DNA of 64,000 nucleotides from Cenococcum geophilum (lineage: Eukaryota). Location of the stretch: assembly GCA_050273025.1 (NCBI GenBank), contig CP158635.1, forward strand, positions 19,654,001-19,718,000. The letters are read 5' to 3'. Positions 61,101-64,000 of the stretch are shown one piece after another (position 1 is the first letter of the stretch; each line of letters opens with the position of its first letter). The position numbers and the translations under genes are program-made. The notes beneath the pieces are model-generated. The model was not told where the DNA came from. It was given only the letters and a program-made list of their open reading frames with translations, and did no database searches.

Positions 61101-63313
61101 ACATTACAAGCACTATGGTTGAATCGCTAGACACAATTAAGAAGAGCTTGATAGACAAGACCAATCTGCGAGATGGACACTCACTTGGAAAAGTAACTAA
61201 TGACCTCCGAAAACCCTACGCGTGGCAGATGCGCAGTGGCGAGTACGGCAGCCTTTTTGAAGGGCTGCTTCCTAACAACATCGCCGATGAGCCTCTCTCT
61301 CAGGCCGAGGAGAACCGACTGACTCGTCTATTTGGGTATACAAGATGTCATGTGGCGCTTGTACACAGCAGCCATGACCTGGAATCTGATAACTGGCACA
61401 CATACATCTTCTCAGGCGATATCCTGGGCTGGACGCCGCTTCACTACGCCGTTCTCCGCAGCCCAAAGTTTTACGACAAATATGCAAAGTTGCTCAACAT
61501 TTCAGCCAGAGATGACCCAAGGGATATCGCTGAACGGACTCCGCTGCATTACGGAGCCAGGTCGGGCAGCTGGCATTTAGGACAGTCTCTGCGCAAGCAC
61601 TCCGACTTGAATGCCCGAGGCAGAGACGGCATGCTGCCGCTACATTGGGCAGCAAAGTGCGGAAACTTAGTCATAGCCAAGATGCTGCTCAAGAACGTGC
61701 CTACAGTCGACATCCCTGATAACTACCAGAGAACCCCGCTACACCTCGCTGTGATAGAAGGACATGAGGCCATCGCGCTGTCACTCCTTGAGGCCAAAGC
61801 CAATGTAGAGGCGAAGCTCTGGGATGGAGACATGGCGCTGCATCGGGCATCGCAGCTTGGACATGCCAGGATCGTGCACGCTTTATTAGAAAGGGACGCC
61901 AATGTTAACGCGAAGGGGAAGGAGGGGGAAACCGCACTGCATTACGCATGCGAGGGAGGCCATACCGATATCGCGAGGATGCTGCTCAAGAAGGGTGCAA
62001 ACCCCTCTGAATATAATGACGCCCGAAGAACCCCTCTCCACCTTGCGGCAGATAACGGCCATCCCGCAATTGCAAACCTGCTTATTGATCACGGGGCCGA
62101 TATTAACGCTCGCAACAATACGCAGAGCACTCCGCTACTTTCGTCGGCATGGAGTCGCCAGCCGAGCGTAGCTGAAGTGCTCCTCGAACGAGGCGCAGAC
62201 ATCAAGCCGGTAGGCCGAAACGGCTACCACCCGATCCTCCTTTCTTCCAACAGCCCTGATATGATGAAAATACTGCTCAGATACGGTAAAGGCATACCTG
62301 AACTCGATGGCTTTAAGCGAACCGCCCTCGGCTGGGCTATGGACGAAGAAGTTGAGCCTGTTGTCGAGATGCTCCAGCAAGACCTCGACCCCGCCTATGA
62401 CTCTGCCGCAAACGACACCGGCCGTACCCCTCTTCATAAAGCCGCAGACGCTGGAGACATCGCTAGAGTGCGCGGCCTTCTCGACAGTGGCGCTGATGTT
62501 AACGCAGCTTGCAAGAAGGGCGACACGCCTCTGGCTCTCGCCGCATGGCGCGGCCACGACCCAGTCGTCTCCCTCCTACTCGACCGCGGCGCCGACCCAT
62601 CCCAAAAGAACAACGCCGGCCACACGGCTTTGCATAAGGCCGCCGTACGCGGCAAGACACGCGTAGTCCGCCTACTACTCGACCACACTGGCGCTAACAG
62701 CGTCGACGTAAACGCCCGCACCGACGACAGCGCCGACACAGCACTCACGCTGGCATCATGGTGCGGCCACCTCGACACCGTGGAGCTCCTGCTGGACCGC
62801 GACGCGGACCCCTGCGCCGTCACCAGCGGCGGAAACAACGGCATGCACCTCGCAGCCTCGCGCGGCTTCACCGCCGTGATCACGCTGCTGCTCGACCGCG
62901 GCGCTGCCATGCGACAGGAGAACCCGGACGGCTGGACGGCGTTGGACTGGGCTGCGTATAACGGGGCCGCAGCGCTCGTGCAGACGCTGCTGGCGCATCC
63001 GCGCAACGACGGCTGGCAGCTCCACGCGTCGGCCGCGACGGGGAAGACGGCGGTGCATATCGCGGCAGAGCAGGGGCATCCGAGCACCGTCATCGTGCTG
63101 CTGGATGCGGGGGCGGACGTGGACGCGGTGGCGGCGGCGGGGGATACGCCGCTGCATTTGGCGGCGGCGAAGGGGCATGTGGAGGTTGCGGAGCGGTTGC
63201 TGGAGAGGGGGGCGCGCTTGGATGTCGTGAATGAGGAGGGGAGGACGGCGAGGCAGGCCGCGGAGAGGAATAATCGGGAGGCTATGACTGAGTTCCTATT
63301 GATGGTGCAGTAA
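58125..63313 (+). pseudogene. Multi-TM N-terminal domain plus long ankyrin-repeat protein, with premature stops
   Basis: DLAP | LLALFGEKFAQQFMSES..MAPLGIITAIVGAIRVGGPS*IRAVIGRARE..LMSSTSHEVCELWNG; APNILLN; W*(TGA)..AQL..MTALRAWVRRGL; AQHIFSGFMW; then many ankyrin repeats (TPLH..A) in ORF 60689-63313. Introns 58638-58689 and 60508-60587 keep frame. Stops are TAG 58406-58408 and TGA 59628-59630. Confidence 0.8.
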
Positions 63314-63721
63314 ATGGGTATGAGTAGCGGGAGCGTTTAGTAGCAAATGGTATCTGATATCGGTGCCAATTTATGCAACGTAATACCTGATGGAAAAGCA
63401 GTGACTAGGGCAGCTGGCTATTGGTGATTTTGCAGGTGATGAGCAAGGTGTTTAGCGTGTATATGAAAGATATTCTGTGAGCTCTAGTACATTCTGGCCA
63501 GGTCACTTCATTGAGGTATAACATCAGCTACTTAACGGCAAGCCCTAAGTTTGCTCCTAGCTTACCTCGCTCAGGTCTTGCCTTATGCTGCTGACGCGTC
63601 CTATATCTATAGCCCGTATACAAATACTAACACTAACAAACCCTTCTATCTTAACTATATACTAATGTCTCAGGATACCGGAAGCATTCGCCGAGTCCCT
63701 AATGAAAATTTTGGGTATTTC

Positions 63722-63812
63722 CGTTACCTTTTTCGAAAGTGCTACGAAAATCAAAATTACTACCGTTTTCGAAAGTATTGCGAAAATTGAATTAAGCGAG
63801 CCCCGCCCGCAG
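63722..63812 (+). repeat. Relic of the foldback element's terminal sequence (tandemly duplicated)
   Basis: taccgttttcgaaagtattgcgaaaattgaattaagcgagccccgcccgcag resembles 54752-54806; a partial second copy precedes it. Confidence 0.7.
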
Positions 63813-64000
63813 TATCGAATTTAGGTGATCTCACCATACAAATCGTATGACTACCACGCATACTACGCTTGCTGTTCTTTAATTACTTATGAGGCTTGAG
63901 TATTACATTGTATCGCTTATATAGCTCGATTTTCTGGTGTTGCAGGCGCAATGGTAAACCGTGATAGCCTTCGGAAATGAGCTGCCAGTCAATCTATAGG

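Noticed and set aside
62434..63178. Long minus-strand ORFs
   Set aside because: Shadow ORFs of the GC-rich ankyrin coding sequence.
1..64000. tRNA, rRNA or other structured RNA genes
   Set aside because: None recognised by eye; a tRNAscan-SE/Infernal run would be needed to exclude them.

Overview
Filamentous-ascomycete nuclear DNA, probably a Dothideomycete (inferred from gene and TE style). It is a mosaic of AT-rich transposon blocks riddled with RIP-type C>T/G>A changes and GC-balanced gene islands. 1-10.3 kb holds the 3' part of a hAT element inserted into a Helitron-like Rep/PIF1 element, a Copia gag fragment, a 3x ~250-bp tandem repeat, an 8-bp-TSD MITE with an internal hairpin, and a solo LTR. 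11-28 kb is a gene island: single-pass S/T-rich membrane protein, GPAT/DHAP acyltransferase, Zn2Cys6 transcription factor, ASA1-like WD40, pantoate-beta-alanine ligase and a HET-domain gene. 28,359-51,038 is one ~3.2-kb hAT element (TSD ATCCCGGG) swollen to 22.7 kb by two full-length chromoviral Gypsy elements, one containing a full-length Copia; all TSDs are intact. 51-58 kb has an RfeG-like pseudogene, a piggyBac-like MITE, a Tc1/mariner with a solo LTR, an 837-bp foldback element and a second single-pass membrane protein. 58-63.3 kb is a multi-TM/ankyrin gene with premature stops. The most unusual signals come from manual translation and are absent from the ORF track. The hAT carries a second spliced DUF3716-like Cys-rich gene. 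The larger Gypsy carries an antisense spliced Zn2Cys6-like/coiled-coil gene and a ~650-codon gag extension with three C-x4-C-x2-H motifs. Family assignments rest on motif recognition by eye; no database search was run.
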